Assembly: GCA_963695225.1 (NCBI GenBank)
Contig: OY968762.1
Location: 1,440,001 to 1,504,000, forward strand
Length of the DNA: 64,000 nucleotides
Direction: 5' to 3'
Source: Vulcanimicrobiota bacterium
GTDB taxonomy: Bacteria > Vulcanimicrobiota > Vulcanimicrobiia > Vulcanimicrobiales > Vulcanimicrobiaceae
In this document: positions 49,110-58,313 of the stretch, piece by piece
How the letters are laid out: each line of letters starts with the position of its first letter
Numbering within the stretch: position 1 is the first letter of the stretch
The notes under the pieces: generated by a model
The model's input: the letters and a program-made list of their open reading frames with translations, nothing else
The model's database searches: none
Told to the model about the DNA's origin: nothing
Program-made: the position numbers and the translations under genes

Positions 49110-50045
49110 TCACCGGGCGGCCGCGATCAAGCTCGCGGGGCGGTGCCGGTAGTGCGCCCAGCGGGCGGGGTCCGCACCGATCTCCTCGACGATCCGCGCG
49201 AACGCGGCGTTGACCGGCGTTGCGAGCGAAAGACGCGCGCCGGCGGAGGCGACGGCGCCGTTCAGCGCGCTCACTTCCGTGCGGCGCCCCGCGCGCAGAT
49301 CGAGCAGCAGCGAAGGCACCTTCGTCCCGCGCGATTTCGCAAAACGCCCGGCGAGGATCGCGCGCGCGACCGGCACGGGCAACCCCGCCGTCGCAAGGAA
49401 CGTGCGCACGGGATAACGCGGCAGATCGACCGGCTGCAACGAGAGGCGCTCCATCACGGCGCGCACTTCGCGCACCGCCGCCAATTCGAGTTCGAAGAGT
49501 GCGGGATCGCGCATCGTTTCGGCCGGGAGCATATCGAGGATTGCGCAGCCGGCGTTCGCGACGATGTTGAGCGCGAGCTTCGACCACTTGAGCGCGCGGT
49601 AGTTATCGCAGACGACGACGGGGAGGCCTGCCTTCTCGAATGCCGCGACGAGCCAGTTGTGCGGGCTCTGCCCGACCGGCGCCAGCCCGATCCCTCCCGG
49701 TTGCGCCGCCCGCACGCCGCCGCCGGCTGCGCGCTCCACGGGAACCGTCAGCGCACCCGCCTCGACGCGATCCGCGCCGAACGCCTGCGCGAAGAGCTCC
49801 TCGTTGCCGACGCCGTTCTGGACCGTGAGGATCGTCGTCTCGGGGGAGCGCGCTAGCGCCCGCTCGAGCGTGGCGACCGCCCCGGGCGTGTCGTACGCTT
49901 TCACCGCGACGAGCGCGAGATCGGGCGCGACTTCGATGACGTCCTCGAGACGCCGCGGCGCGTAGCTCACCTCGGCGCCGGTCGCGCGCAGCAGGTCGCC
50001 GAGGTACGTGCCGATCGCCCCGGCGCCGACGACGTACGTCTTCAA
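49110..50045 (-). CDS. panE: Ketopantoate reductase family protein
   Basis: [39 protein letters not shown]...LNG. Confidence 0.85.
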   Translation of the reverse strand: MKTYVVGAGAIGTYLGDLLRATGAEVSYAPRRLEDVIEVAPDLALVAVKAYDTPGAVATLERALARSPETTILTVQNGVGNEELFAQAFGADRVEAGALTVPVERAAGGGVRAAQPGGIGLAPVGQSPHNWLVAAFEKAGLPVVVCDNYRALKWSKLALNIVANAGCAILDMLPAETMRDPALFELELAAVREVRAVMERLSLQPVDLPRYPVRTFLATAGLPVPVARAILAGRFAKSRGTKVPSLLLDLRAGRRTEVSALNGAVASAGARLSLATPVNAAFARIVEEIGADPARWAHYRHRPASLIAAAR

Positions 50046-50512
50046 GCGCGGCCGGTGCTGCCGAAGCCGCCCTCGGCGCGCGCCGTCGCCCGGAGCTCCT
50101 CGCATTCGAGGAACGCGGCGCGCGCGACGCGCGAGACGATCATCTGCGCGATGCGGTCGCCGCGCCGGATCGTGAACGGCTCGCTCCCCAGATTCGCCAC
50201 GATCACGCCGACGGGGCCGCGGTAATCCGCATCGATCGTGCCCGGGGAGTTCAGGAGCGTAACGCCGTGGTTGAGCGCGAGGCCGCTGCGCGGGCGGAGC
50301 TGCACTTCGTAGCCGGGCGGGATCGCGAGCGCGAAGCCGGTCGGGACGAGGCTGCGCCCGCCGGGAGCGAGAGTGAGGTCGGCCTCGAGCGCGGCGCAGA
50401 CGTCGGCCCCGGCGGCATCGGCACTCATGTAGCTCGGCAGCGGCAAGCCCGCGCCCTCCGGCAGGCGGAGCACGTCGATGCGCACGCTGCCGCCGGGCGC
50501 GCTACTTGGCAA
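50042..50512 (-). CDS. dut: dUTP diphosphatase
   Basis: [39 protein letters not shown]. Confidence 0.96.
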   Translation of the reverse strand: MPSSAPGGSVRIDVLRLPEGAGLPLPSYMSADAAGADVCAALEADLTLAPGGRSLVPTGFALAIPPGYEVQLRPRSGLALNHGVTLLNSPGTIDADYRGPVGVIVANLGSEPFTIRRGDRIAQMIVSRVARAAFLECEELRATARAEGGFGSTGRA

Positions 50513-50954
50513 GGAGTTGCGCGAGCTCCGCTTGGAAGCTCTCGACGTCGCGGAACGAACGGTAGACGCTCGCGAAGCGGATGTAGGCGATCTTGTCGAT
50601 CGCCTTCAGCGCTTCCATCAGTTTCTCGCCGATCAAGCTCGTCTGGACCTCGTTTTCGCCGCGCGAGAACAGATCGCGCTCGAGGCGGGAAACAGCCTCC
50701 TCCAGTTGCGACTCGGAGATCGGCCGCTTTTCACAGGCGCGCTGGAGGCCCGTGAGGACCTTGTCGCGGTTGTACTGCTCGCGGCGGCCGTCCTTCTTCA
50801 CGACGAAAAGGCGCGGCGCTTCCATCCGTTCGTAGGTGGTGAAGCGGTGCTTGCACTCCGCGTTCAGACACTCACGCCGGCGCCGCACCACGCTCTCGTC
50901 GTCGCGCGAGTCGACGACGCGCGTCTCGCTCTTCCGACAGGTCGGGCAGATCAG
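50502..50954 (-). CDS. nrdR: Transcriptional repressor NrdR (inferred CTG start)
   Basis: (L)ICPTC....TRVVDSR....VRRRREC...C..RFTTYER, ATP cone, [12 protein letters not shown]. The ORF-track start at 50891 omits the first CxxC. Confidence 0.93.
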   Translation of the reverse strand: MICPTCRKSETRVVDSRDDESVVRRRRECLNAECKHRFTTYERMEAPRLFVVKKDGRREQYNRDKVLTGLQRACEKRPISESQLEEAVSRLERDLFSRGENEVQTSLIGEKLMEALKAIDKIAYIRFASVYRSFRDVESFQAELAQLLAK

Positions 50955-51085
50955 CTCGGTTTAGCCTCCGCAAGAAGACCCCCAACCGATGGGGGTCCTT
51001 AGGAGTATACGCCACAAGGGGTAGTTCCGCATATCCCTACCCCTAATACTCGACGCGCGAGCCCGCTCGCGGGCGCGGGGAAGGC

Positions 51086-51235
51086 CTATGACGCGGCGCC
51101 GATCTTGAACATCTTCGTCCCGCAGACCGGGCATTTTCCCTCCGTCGCGGGGCGGCCGTTCTTCATCGTGATGACGACCGGATCTTTCATCTCGCGCTTC
51201 GCTTTGCACTTCACGCAGTAGGCTTCTGCTGCCAT
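51086..51235 (-). CDS. 49-aa zinc-ribbon protein (DUF5679-like)
   Basis: MAAEAYCVKCKAKREMKDPVVITMKNGRPATEGKCPVCGTKMFKIGAAS*; AGGGAG RBS; below the ORF-track size cut-off. Confidence 0.88.
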   Translation of the reverse strand: MAAEAYCVKCKAKREMKDPVVITMKNGRPATEGKCPVCGTKMFKIGAAS

Positions 51236-51443
51236 GGTCTCCCTTTCGGCGCTCGTGCGAGCCCCCCGGCGACATCGCGGGGTAGCGTCGCAATTGCGGC
51301 AAGTGTATTCCGAGGCGGCCCCTGCATTCCCCCAGGATGCGGGGCGCGTGGCCCCCTGGGCTTGGGCCGGCCGACGGGGGCGGGTCTCTGCTGGGTTGGC
51401 GCGTACCGCTAGGCGGACGGCGGTGGGGCGCGATGGTGGAGCG

Positions 51444-52322
51444 ATGGGGCTTGACGATCCTTCGGTTGTAGCGGCGGCGGAGTTGCATCGATTGCGGCCT
51501 TCGCTTGCTGCCTTGAAGCGCCTGGATGAACTTCACGTCGCGGGGTCACTGGCGGGGCTCGCACGGCCGAGCGTGGCGATCGTCGGAACGCGGGTTCCTT
51601 CCGAAGGAGGCAGGCGCCTCGCGACGCGCGTCGCGCGGGACCTCGGGAGCGCCGGGCTCTGCATCGTCTCCGGGCTCGCGCACGGCATAGACGGCGCAGC
51701 CCACGCCGGCGCCCTCGAGGCAGGGGCGCCGACGATCGGAGTCCTCGGCGGCGGGCACCGCTGTTTCTTCCCGAAGGGCAACATCGCACTGGCCGAACGG
51801 ATGATTCGGGCGGGCGGCGCCGTCGTCTCTCCGTTCCCGCCCGGGGAGCCCGCGCGCCCGCCTCAATTCCTACAGCGCAACGCGATCGTCGCCGCCCTCG
51901 CCGACGCGGTCGTCGTCGTCGAGGCGGCGGGCCGCAGCGGATCGCTGAACACGGCGGGCTGGGCCGCGAACATGGGCCTCCCCGTCTTCGCGTTCCCGGG
52001 CGACGTCGAGCGGCCCAAGGTCGCAGGCTGCCTCGCGCTCATCCGCGACGGCGCGACGCTCGTGCGCGATGCGGACGACATCCTCGAAGGCATGGGCTTC
52101 CCGCGCCGATCGCCCTCCCCTAGCGGGCAAGCCCCTCCGGGCGAGCTCACGCCGCTCGGCAAGAGCATCTGGACGGCGCTCTCCGACGGACCGCTTCCGC
52201 TGGAGCCGTTGATCGAGCGCACGGGAGCGACGCCGGCGGCCGCCCTCGCCGAGCTCGTTCGTCTTGAGATCGCAGGGTTCGTCATCCGCGGCACGGCGGG
52301 GTTCGCCCGTCCTTTCCGCTAG
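51444..52322 (+). CDS. dprA: DNA-processing protein DprA
   Basis: VAIVGTR, IVSGLA.GID..AH, F.QRN.I..., VVEA..RSGSL.TA, GC..LIRDGA; start uncertain. Confidence 0.92.
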   Translation: MGLDDPSVVAAAELHRLRPSLAALKRLDELHVAGSLAGLARPSVAIVGTRVPSEGGRRLATRVARDLGSAGLCIVSGLAHGIDGAAHAGALEAGAPTIGVLGGGHRCFFPKGNIALAERMIRAGGAVVSPFPPGEPARPPQFLQRNAIVAALADAVVVVEAAGRSGSLNTAGWAANMGLPVFAFPGDVERPKVAGCLALIRDGATLVRDADDILEGMGFPRRSPSPSGQAPPGELTPLGKSIWTALSDGPLPLEPLIERTGATPAAALAELVRLEIAGFVIRGTAGFARPFR

Positions 52323-52795
52323 GCGCCCGCCGCAAGCGCGGACGCTGCATTCGCGCGCGTCGCTCGCAGCAGCGGTCCGCTCCATGCGTGCGCGCGCGCA
52401 CACTTTCCGGCATCGCGTTACAACGATCTCGCACTATCGCGCAGCCTACGTTCTCGCGCAACGTCGGCGTGCGATTGCAAGTGTGATCCAAACATCGTTT
52501 TGGATTCAGTACGACAGGGCGCCTGAAACGAGCGCCGTGTAAGGCTTTGCGCCTCGCATTTGGAGTTTCTTCGCGCGCCGCTCATGCATCGCGCTACGAT
52601 GTTCGCCTGAAGCGATCAACTGTGTCGTAGCGCGCTTTTAATATGAAGATGCGCGATCTATATTGTGCGTGCATCTTCGTCCAGGATATTTGGACGCCGG
52701 TCGTTCTCGACCGCAGACGCACTTAACGGCCGGCCTGCACTCAGCGATTCACGATCGCGAGCACCGAGCCGCGGCATTCCAAGGGGGCTTTTGTC

Positions 52796-54604
52796 GTGTC
52801 TTCAACCTCGAAGGCGTTTTCCTTTACCGGGATCGTCCTCACTTCCGCGCTGCTCGCAGCCTGCGGCGGCGGCGGCCATTCTTCCATGATCCCCGCACCC
52901 GCGCAACCGGGGACGGGCGTGGCCGGTCCACCGTTGCAACTCGATACGGGTTCCGGATCTTACACGAGCTCATCCTCGACGATCACGCTCTCGGCACCGC
53001 TCACATTCGCTAGCGTGAGCGCCGGGGCGCAACAGTTCACCGTCAGCGGCGGCACGCCGCCCCGGATGGTCTCGTGGGATAGCTGCGTCTCCATCACGGT
53101 CCCGAAATCGGGAACGATCTCCGTGACGCCGCTCACGCTCACGACCTCGGGCTCTTGCAACATCACGATAGCCGGCACGGCATTCCCCGTGACGATCGGC
53201 ACGCCGGCCGCGGCTCCGACCGTCGCTCCGAGCGTTGCGCCGACGGTGCCGGCGACGACGGCAACCATCGCACTCTCCGCGCCGCTCTACTTCGCAAGCG
53301 CAAGCGTCGGCGCGCAGCAGTTCACGATCACCGGCGGCACGCCGCCGCGCGCGCTTTCATGGGACGCTTGCGTCTCGGTCAGCGTGCCGCAATCGGGAAC
53401 GATCTCGGTAACTCCGCTTTCGCTCACGACTCCGGGCTCGTGCTACGTCACGATTGCCGGTACGAAATTCCCCGTAACGATCGGGGGTGCGCCTCCGACT
53501 ACGGCGCCGAGCGCAACGCCGGCGCCGAGCGTAGCACCAAGCGTAGCACCTAGCGTAGCGCCTACTGCTCCGCCGACCGCTCCGCCGACACCCTCGCCGA
53601 CGCCGAAGCCGACCGCCACGCCGACGCCGAAACCCACCGCCACGCCGGCACCGACGGCGCCGCCGTCGGCCTCGGGCGGTATCTACGTCCAGCTGTACAG
53701 CTCGAATAGCCCGTTCCGAAAGACGGTCGCGCAAGAAATGTCCGCGGGCGCCGTCGTGCTCCCGCAATCCGCGATGAACAGTCTGTGGAATCAGGGCGGA
53801 ATCTCGTCGCAAGACTTGAGCCCGAACAGCTACATGTTCCCGCTTTACGTCTCCTCCGGCAGCGATTCTCTCAAGACGATCTCCTGCACCGGTTACGGAC
53901 AATGCAATGCGAACGGAATGCAAATCCACGTCCCGAACGGAGCGAGACCGGAACCGCAGGGCGACGGACACATCGCGATCATCGACACCACGCAGAATCT
54001 GGAGTTCGACGGGTACCAGTGCTCGGTCGGTTCCAGTACGCTCTCCTGCACGTGGGGCGGTAAGTATGCGCTCGGCGGCAACGGCATCACGAACTCCGGT
54101 TCGGACGCCGTGCACGGCGGGTACGCCGCGGGCGTGATGAACATCACCGCCGCGGAGCTCGCGCAGGGCCACATCGACCACGCGCTCGCGATGAACACGC
54201 ACTGCCTGAACAACCCGACCGTCTATCCGGCCGATCCGAACAACGCCGGCACGGATCAGAGCTGCGGCGGGACCGGGGCCCCGGCGTACGGGCACATGCT
54301 CCACCTCTTGCTGACGCCGAGCCAAATCGCAGCGACGAGCCACTCCGCCGAATGCAAGACGATTCTGACCGCGCTCGCGACCTACGGCGCCTTCACGTAC
54401 GATACCGGAAATCCGGGGCTCTCGCTCGTCACCGAAAACGCGCTCTCGCAAACCGCGCTCGGCAAGTCGAGCCCCTGGACGACGACGATCCTCCCCGACA
54501 TGGACGCCGCGGGCGACGCTTCGGGAACGTATTGGAACTCGTGCCTGAACGGCCTCGGCGCCTCCAGCTTCGAGCTGATCCAAATCGCCGCGGGAAGCTA
54601 CTGA
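52796..54604 (+). CDS. Secreted lipoprotein, paralogue A: two Ig-like repeats, PT linker, conserved Cys-rich C-terminal domain
   Basis: Lipobox LAAC-GGG; internal ~74-aa duplication; C-terminal ~310 aa highly similar to 56249-57781 and 58314-59417. Confidence 0.85.
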   Translation: MSSTSKAFSFTGIVLTSALLAACGGGGHSSMIPAPAQPGTGVAGPPLQLDTGSGSYTSSSSTITLSAPLTFASVSAGAQQFTVSGGTPPRMVSWDSCVSITVPKSGTISVTPLTLTTSGSCNITIAGTAFPVTIGTPAAAPTVAPSVAPTVPATTATIALSAPLYFASASVGAQQFTITGGTPPRALSWDACVSVSVPQSGTISVTPLSLTTPGSCYVTIAGTKFPVTIGGAPPTTAPSATPAPSVAPSVAPSVAPTAPPTAPPTPSPTPKPTATPTPKPTATPAPTAPPSASGGIYVQLYSSNSPFRKTVAQEMSAGAVVLPQSAMNSLWNQGGISSQDLSPNSYMFPLYVSSGSDSLKTISCTGYGQCNANGMQIHVPNGARPEPQGDGHIAIIDTTQNLEFDGYQCSVGSSTLSCTWGGKYALGGNGITNSGSDAVHGGYAAGVMNITAAELAQGHIDHALAMNTHCLNNPTVYPADPNNAGTDQSCGGTGAPAYGHMLHLLLTPSQIAATSHSAECKTILTALATYGAFTYDTGNPGLSLVTENALSQTALGKSSPWTTTILPDMDAAGDASGTYWNSCLNGLGASSFELIQIAAGSY

Positions 54605-54656
54605 CCTCGAGCCAGCGCTCCAAACCCGTCGATCGCACCACGTCGCGATCGCCCCG

Positions 54657-54692
54657 GCCCCGCCCACGATTACCTGCAGTCGTGGGCGGGGC
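54657..54692 (+). terminator. GC-rich hairpin after paralogue A
   Basis: GCCCCGCCCACGA/TCGTGGGCGGGGC stem; no U-tract, so it may be a stabilising element instead. Confidence 0.35.
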
Positions 54693-54753
54693 TGCGTCGT
54701 CGCCGTGCACTTCAACCCCAGGGTATCTCAGCCGGGCACGCCAAGAAGAATCG

Positions 54754-55797
54754 ATGCTCTCCATAGGCGCGGCGGCGCTCGCTGTCGTGATGTTCGCGCA
54801 GGCCTCGCCGGCGTACACCGGCGAGATCGACCATTTCGCTCCGAGCAATCTCTATCCGCACTCGGTCTTCAAGCGCCGGATCCCCGCGAACCCGCGGCTC
54901 CATCCGCGCAGCAAAGAGATCGTCGCACGCTTTCTGGCCGGCGGAGCGGGTTACACCGATCTTCGCAACGATGCGGCCGGCGGCGATTGGAACTATCCGA
55001 TCTACGTCGGGCGGGCGAGCGACCCCGCGTACCTCGTGAAATGCACGAAACCCTGGGGGACGTGCAACGTGCAGAACGCGTTCGTCCACATCCCGTCCTA
55101 TGCCCGGACGGAGCGCGGCGACGACGGCCACCTCGACGTCGTCGATCTCGCGACCGGTTACGAATACAATTTCTGGCAAGCCGGCAACGCCGACGGGACG
55201 CCGCGCATCAACGGCAAAACGCTCTCGATCAGTTGGGGCGGGCGCACGCGCCTCGGCGGGTCGGGGCTCGAGGCCGAAGGAAACCACGCCGGCTACGCGG
55301 CGTCGGCAATGACGCTGTATCCCGCGGAGATCCTCGCGGGCCGCATCGACCATGCGCTCGGCGTCGACGTGCGCTGCGCGGACGAACCGACCGTCTTCCC
55401 GGCGATCCTCCACGCAACGGACGGGGCGTGCAATGCGCCGGATTCACCGTATTACGGGATGCTGATTCAACTCGACATGAGCGACGCCGAAATCGACGCG
55501 CTCAACACATCGCCCTACGACAAAGTCATCAAGAAAGCGCTCGCGCATTACGGCGCGTACGTGTACGACGTCGGCGCCGAGAACTCGTTTTCGATCCTCT
55601 CGTATCTGACGTACGCGACGCGTGGCAGGCCGGATCCCTGGTTGAACGTCATCCTCCCGGACATGCGCAAGTACGGCGTCGCGCAAGGCGGCGGCGATCG
55701 CTGGCAACTCGGCCCGATGTTCGGTGGTCTCGGCATCGATTGGGCGAACCGGCTCCGCATCATCGCTCCGTGTGAAGTCGCGCAGAACTGCTCGTAA
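54754..55797 (+). CDS. Secreted protein, divergent paralogue B of the same domain
   Basis: Sec-type signal without lipobox; shares YP.YV, C...G.CN, DGH..V.D, WGG, GYAA, E...G.IDHAL..C, P.YG, AL..YGA..YD.G. Confidence 0.8.
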   Translation: MLSIGAAALAVVMFAQASPAYTGEIDHFAPSNLYPHSVFKRRIPANPRLHPRSKEIVARFLAGGAGYTDLRNDAAGGDWNYPIYVGRASDPAYLVKCTKPWGTCNVQNAFVHIPSYARTERGDDGHLDVVDLATGYEYNFWQAGNADGTPRINGKTLSISWGGRTRLGGSGLEAEGNHAGYAASAMTLYPAEILAGRIDHALGVDVRCADEPTVFPAILHATDGACNAPDSPYYGMLIQLDMSDAEIDALNTSPYDKVIKKALAHYGAYVYDVGAENSFSILSYLTYATRGRPDPWLNVILPDMRKYGVAQGGGDRWQLGPMFGGLGIDWANRLRIIAPCEVAQNCS

Positions 55798-55883
55798 ACG
55801 CGGCTGAGCGCTGTTAGCCGCCGCGCAAACTCTCGATTAAGCGGCGCAGCATTGCGCGTTAGCCGCTACGAAGTCCTTTCGCG

Positions 55884-55925
55884 GCGAGCACGCGCACCGG
55901 AGCGCGTGCTCGCGCGCGTTTTTCT
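55884..55925 (+). terminator. Probable intrinsic terminator after paralogue B
   Basis: GCGAGCACGCGC/GCGCGTGCTCGC stem followed shortly by TTTTTCT. Confidence 0.5.
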
Positions 55926-56248
55926 CGCATCGACAATAGTGATGCAGCTAACGTTTCATCCCCAAGTTGAGTGGGCACATCGCCAAACGTCGGTCTGAAC
56001 CACGCGATTCGAGCGAGATTCACAACGGCGGTTTTATCGCGGAACGCGGTTTCGCGGCACGCTAGCGCGTCGCAATTCGCCTTCGATCTTTCGATGCGGG
56101 CCTTATTTCTCTACCCGCATTTCCGTTCGGCGCGTCTCACGCGCCCGATCTTCCGCGTTCGGAAGCGCAACTTTCGCATGCTCGCGCGCGCTCCGCGATC
56201 CGACGATCGCGAGTCGCCGCGCGCGGCATGCCGGGGAGACTCTTTGTC

Positions 56249-57781
56249 GTGTCCGTCAGAAACTCGAGAATCATCGCCGCTCTCGCGGCCGTCCTCGCTT
56301 CGGGGACGCTCTCCGCCTGCGGCGGCGGGGGTTCGCAACCGCTGCCCTCGGCGCCGCTCGCAGCGGCTTCGCCCGGCCAGTCAACGCCGTCGACGGCGAA
56401 TGCCGCGTCGCGCTCCGCATCGACGTCCACGGTGACCCCTAACTACTTGGGCTACGTCAGCTACTTTTGGGGCGACCAGAATCAGTGGACGATCAACTGC
56501 GACGCGCCGACCTACTTCGCGCCGAACACGTGTTTGGTCGTCAACGTGCAGGCCGGCGTAAAGCAGTACGACGGCCCTCCGCTCGCCGTCGGCGAGTTCG
56601 TCGCGATCTACGCGGATCCCAAGACGGCGAGCGCGGGCGGCCTATCCGCCTCGTGGTTCCGCACGTCGCTGACGCCGTTCGCGGGCTCGCCGCTGCCCAA
56701 AGGGTATAGCGCGGCGACGCCGGCCCCCTCGGCCACCGGGACGCCGGCTCCGACCAAGACTGCGGCTCCGACCGCGGCGCCGACGGTCGCGGCGACTGCG
56801 GCTCCCACTCTCGCGCCGACGCCCGCCCCCACGCCTTCCGTCTCGAATGCGCTCGGAGGAGTCTACGCGCAACTCTTCAGCGCCTCGAGCCCCTTCCGAA
56901 CGACGGCAGCGCAACTGAAAGCGGCGGGTGCCTCCGTCCTCGCGCAATCCGCAATGAACAGCCTGTGGAATCAAGGCATCGGGTCGCAAGATCTCGGCCC
57001 GTCGACTTACATGTTTCCGCTCTACGTCTCGTCCGCCGGCGACCCGCTCGCGACGATCGCGTGCACCGGTTACGGCCGCTGTAACGCGAACGGAATGCAG
57101 ATCCACGTCCCGAGCGGCGCACAACCGGAGGGCCACGCGGACGGCCACATCGCCGTGATCGATACGGTCCAGAACGTCGAGTTCGACGGATACCAATGCT
57201 CGCGCGGATCCGGCACGCTCTCGTGCACGTGGGGCGGGAAGTACGCACTCGGCGGCAGCGGGATCACGAACTCGGGTTCCGATGCAGTGCACGGCGGGTA
57301 CGCCGCAGGCGTCATGAACATCACCGCGCAGGAATTGCTCAACGGGCACATCGACCACGCGCTCGCGGTAGCCACGAAGTGTCTGAACAACCCGACGGTC
57401 TATCCCGCAGACCCCAACAACGGCGGCTCGGACGCCGGTTGCGGCGGTTCCGGCGCGCCCTCGTACGGGCACATGATGCACCTCTTACTGAGCCCGAGCC
57501 AGATCGCCGCGACGCAGCATTCTGCCGAATGCAAGACGATCCTAACGGCGCTCGCGACGTACGGCGCTTATACCTACGACACCGGCAGCACCGGGCTCTC
57601 GCTCATCACGCAGAGCACGCTCTCGTACAGCGCCCTCGGAGCATCCAGTCCGTGGATGACGACGATCCTGCCGCACATGGCGGCCGCAGGCGAAGCATCC
57701 GGCACGTACTGGTATTCGTGCTTGAACGGCCTGAGTGCTTCGAACTTCGAGCTGGTGCAGATCCCCGCCGGGAGCTACTGA
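56249..57781 (+). CDS. Secreted lipoprotein, paralogue C
   Basis: GTG start in the shared TTTGTC-GTG context; lipobox LSAC-GGGG; distinct N-terminal domain; PT linker; conserved C-terminal domain ending QIPAGSY. Confidence 0.85.
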   Translation: MSVRNSRIIAALAAVLASGTLSACGGGGSQPLPSAPLAAASPGQSTPSTANAASRSASTSTVTPNYLGYVSYFWGDQNQWTINCDAPTYFAPNTCLVVNVQAGVKQYDGPPLAVGEFVAIYADPKTASAGGLSASWFRTSLTPFAGSPLPKGYSAATPAPSATGTPAPTKTAAPTAAPTVAATAAPTLAPTPAPTPSVSNALGGVYAQLFSASSPFRTTAAQLKAAGASVLAQSAMNSLWNQGIGSQDLGPSTYMFPLYVSSAGDPLATIACTGYGRCNANGMQIHVPSGAQPEGHADGHIAVIDTVQNVEFDGYQCSRGSGTLSCTWGGKYALGGSGITNSGSDAVHGGYAAGVMNITAQELLNGHIDHALAVATKCLNNPTVYPADPNNGGSDAGCGGSGAPSYGHMMHLLLSPSQIAATQHSAECKTILTALATYGAYTYDTGSTGLSLITQSTLSYSALGASSPWMTTILPHMAAAGEASGTYWYSCLNGLSASNFELVQIPAGSY

Positions 57782-58313
57782 CCGCAAAGCCTGGGTGCGC
57801 CTAGGAAAGCCGCGACGCAGATGAATCCGTGCGTCGCGGAACTAATTTGCAGCAATTTAGTCGCAACGAAATCATGCGACAAATGTCGAAGACTCATTGG
57901 ATTCTTCGATGCGAGATCGTCGATCCGCCGATGTTTTCGGCGTGCTCAACCTCCAAACACGCCGCGCCCGCGTATCGGGATTAGTGATTTAGTTCACGTT
58001 TTATCCTCAGGCTGAGTGGGCAAATCGCCAAACGTCAGCATCGTATCTCGCTACATCGAGCGTGATACGTCGCGGTCAACGATCGTCGCTGACGGTCCGT
58101 TCATCGAGCGCGAAGCGCGAATGCGCCACACGCACGCAAGGTGTGGCCTGCCGTCGATCTTCAGTGCGGGCGCTATGCCTCGGCCCGCATCTTCGTTCGC
58201 ATTACCCGTAGCGCTTAGACCGCGTCCGGGTGCGCAGCTGCATGTTCGAGCCGGCGCCTCGCGATCCAACGATCGCGAACGCCGAGCCGCTGCATGCCGG
58301 GAGATACTTTGTC

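Noticed and set aside
51010..51046. NrdR box upstream of nrdR (CTA-CCCC-TTGTG; AGGGGTAG/CTACCCCT inverted repeat)
   Set aside because: Lacks the AT-rich core of the NrdR-box consensus; cannot be supported by eye.
51275..51430. Possible decayed fifth repeat copy (GGTAGCGTC and a CAGGATGC hairpin) upstream of dprA
   Set aside because: No long outer stem and no GGGCC boundary at the expected distance; evidence too thin.
53500..53665. Short tandem repeats encoding APSV/PTAT/PTPKPT
   Set aside because: Ordinary low-complexity Pro/Thr linker with synonymous variation; not a separate repeat element.
58016..58040. GGGCAAATCGCC as a c-di-GMP-I riboswitch
   Set aside because: No GAAA tetraloop stem and no downstream GACGCAAA/tetraloop receptor.
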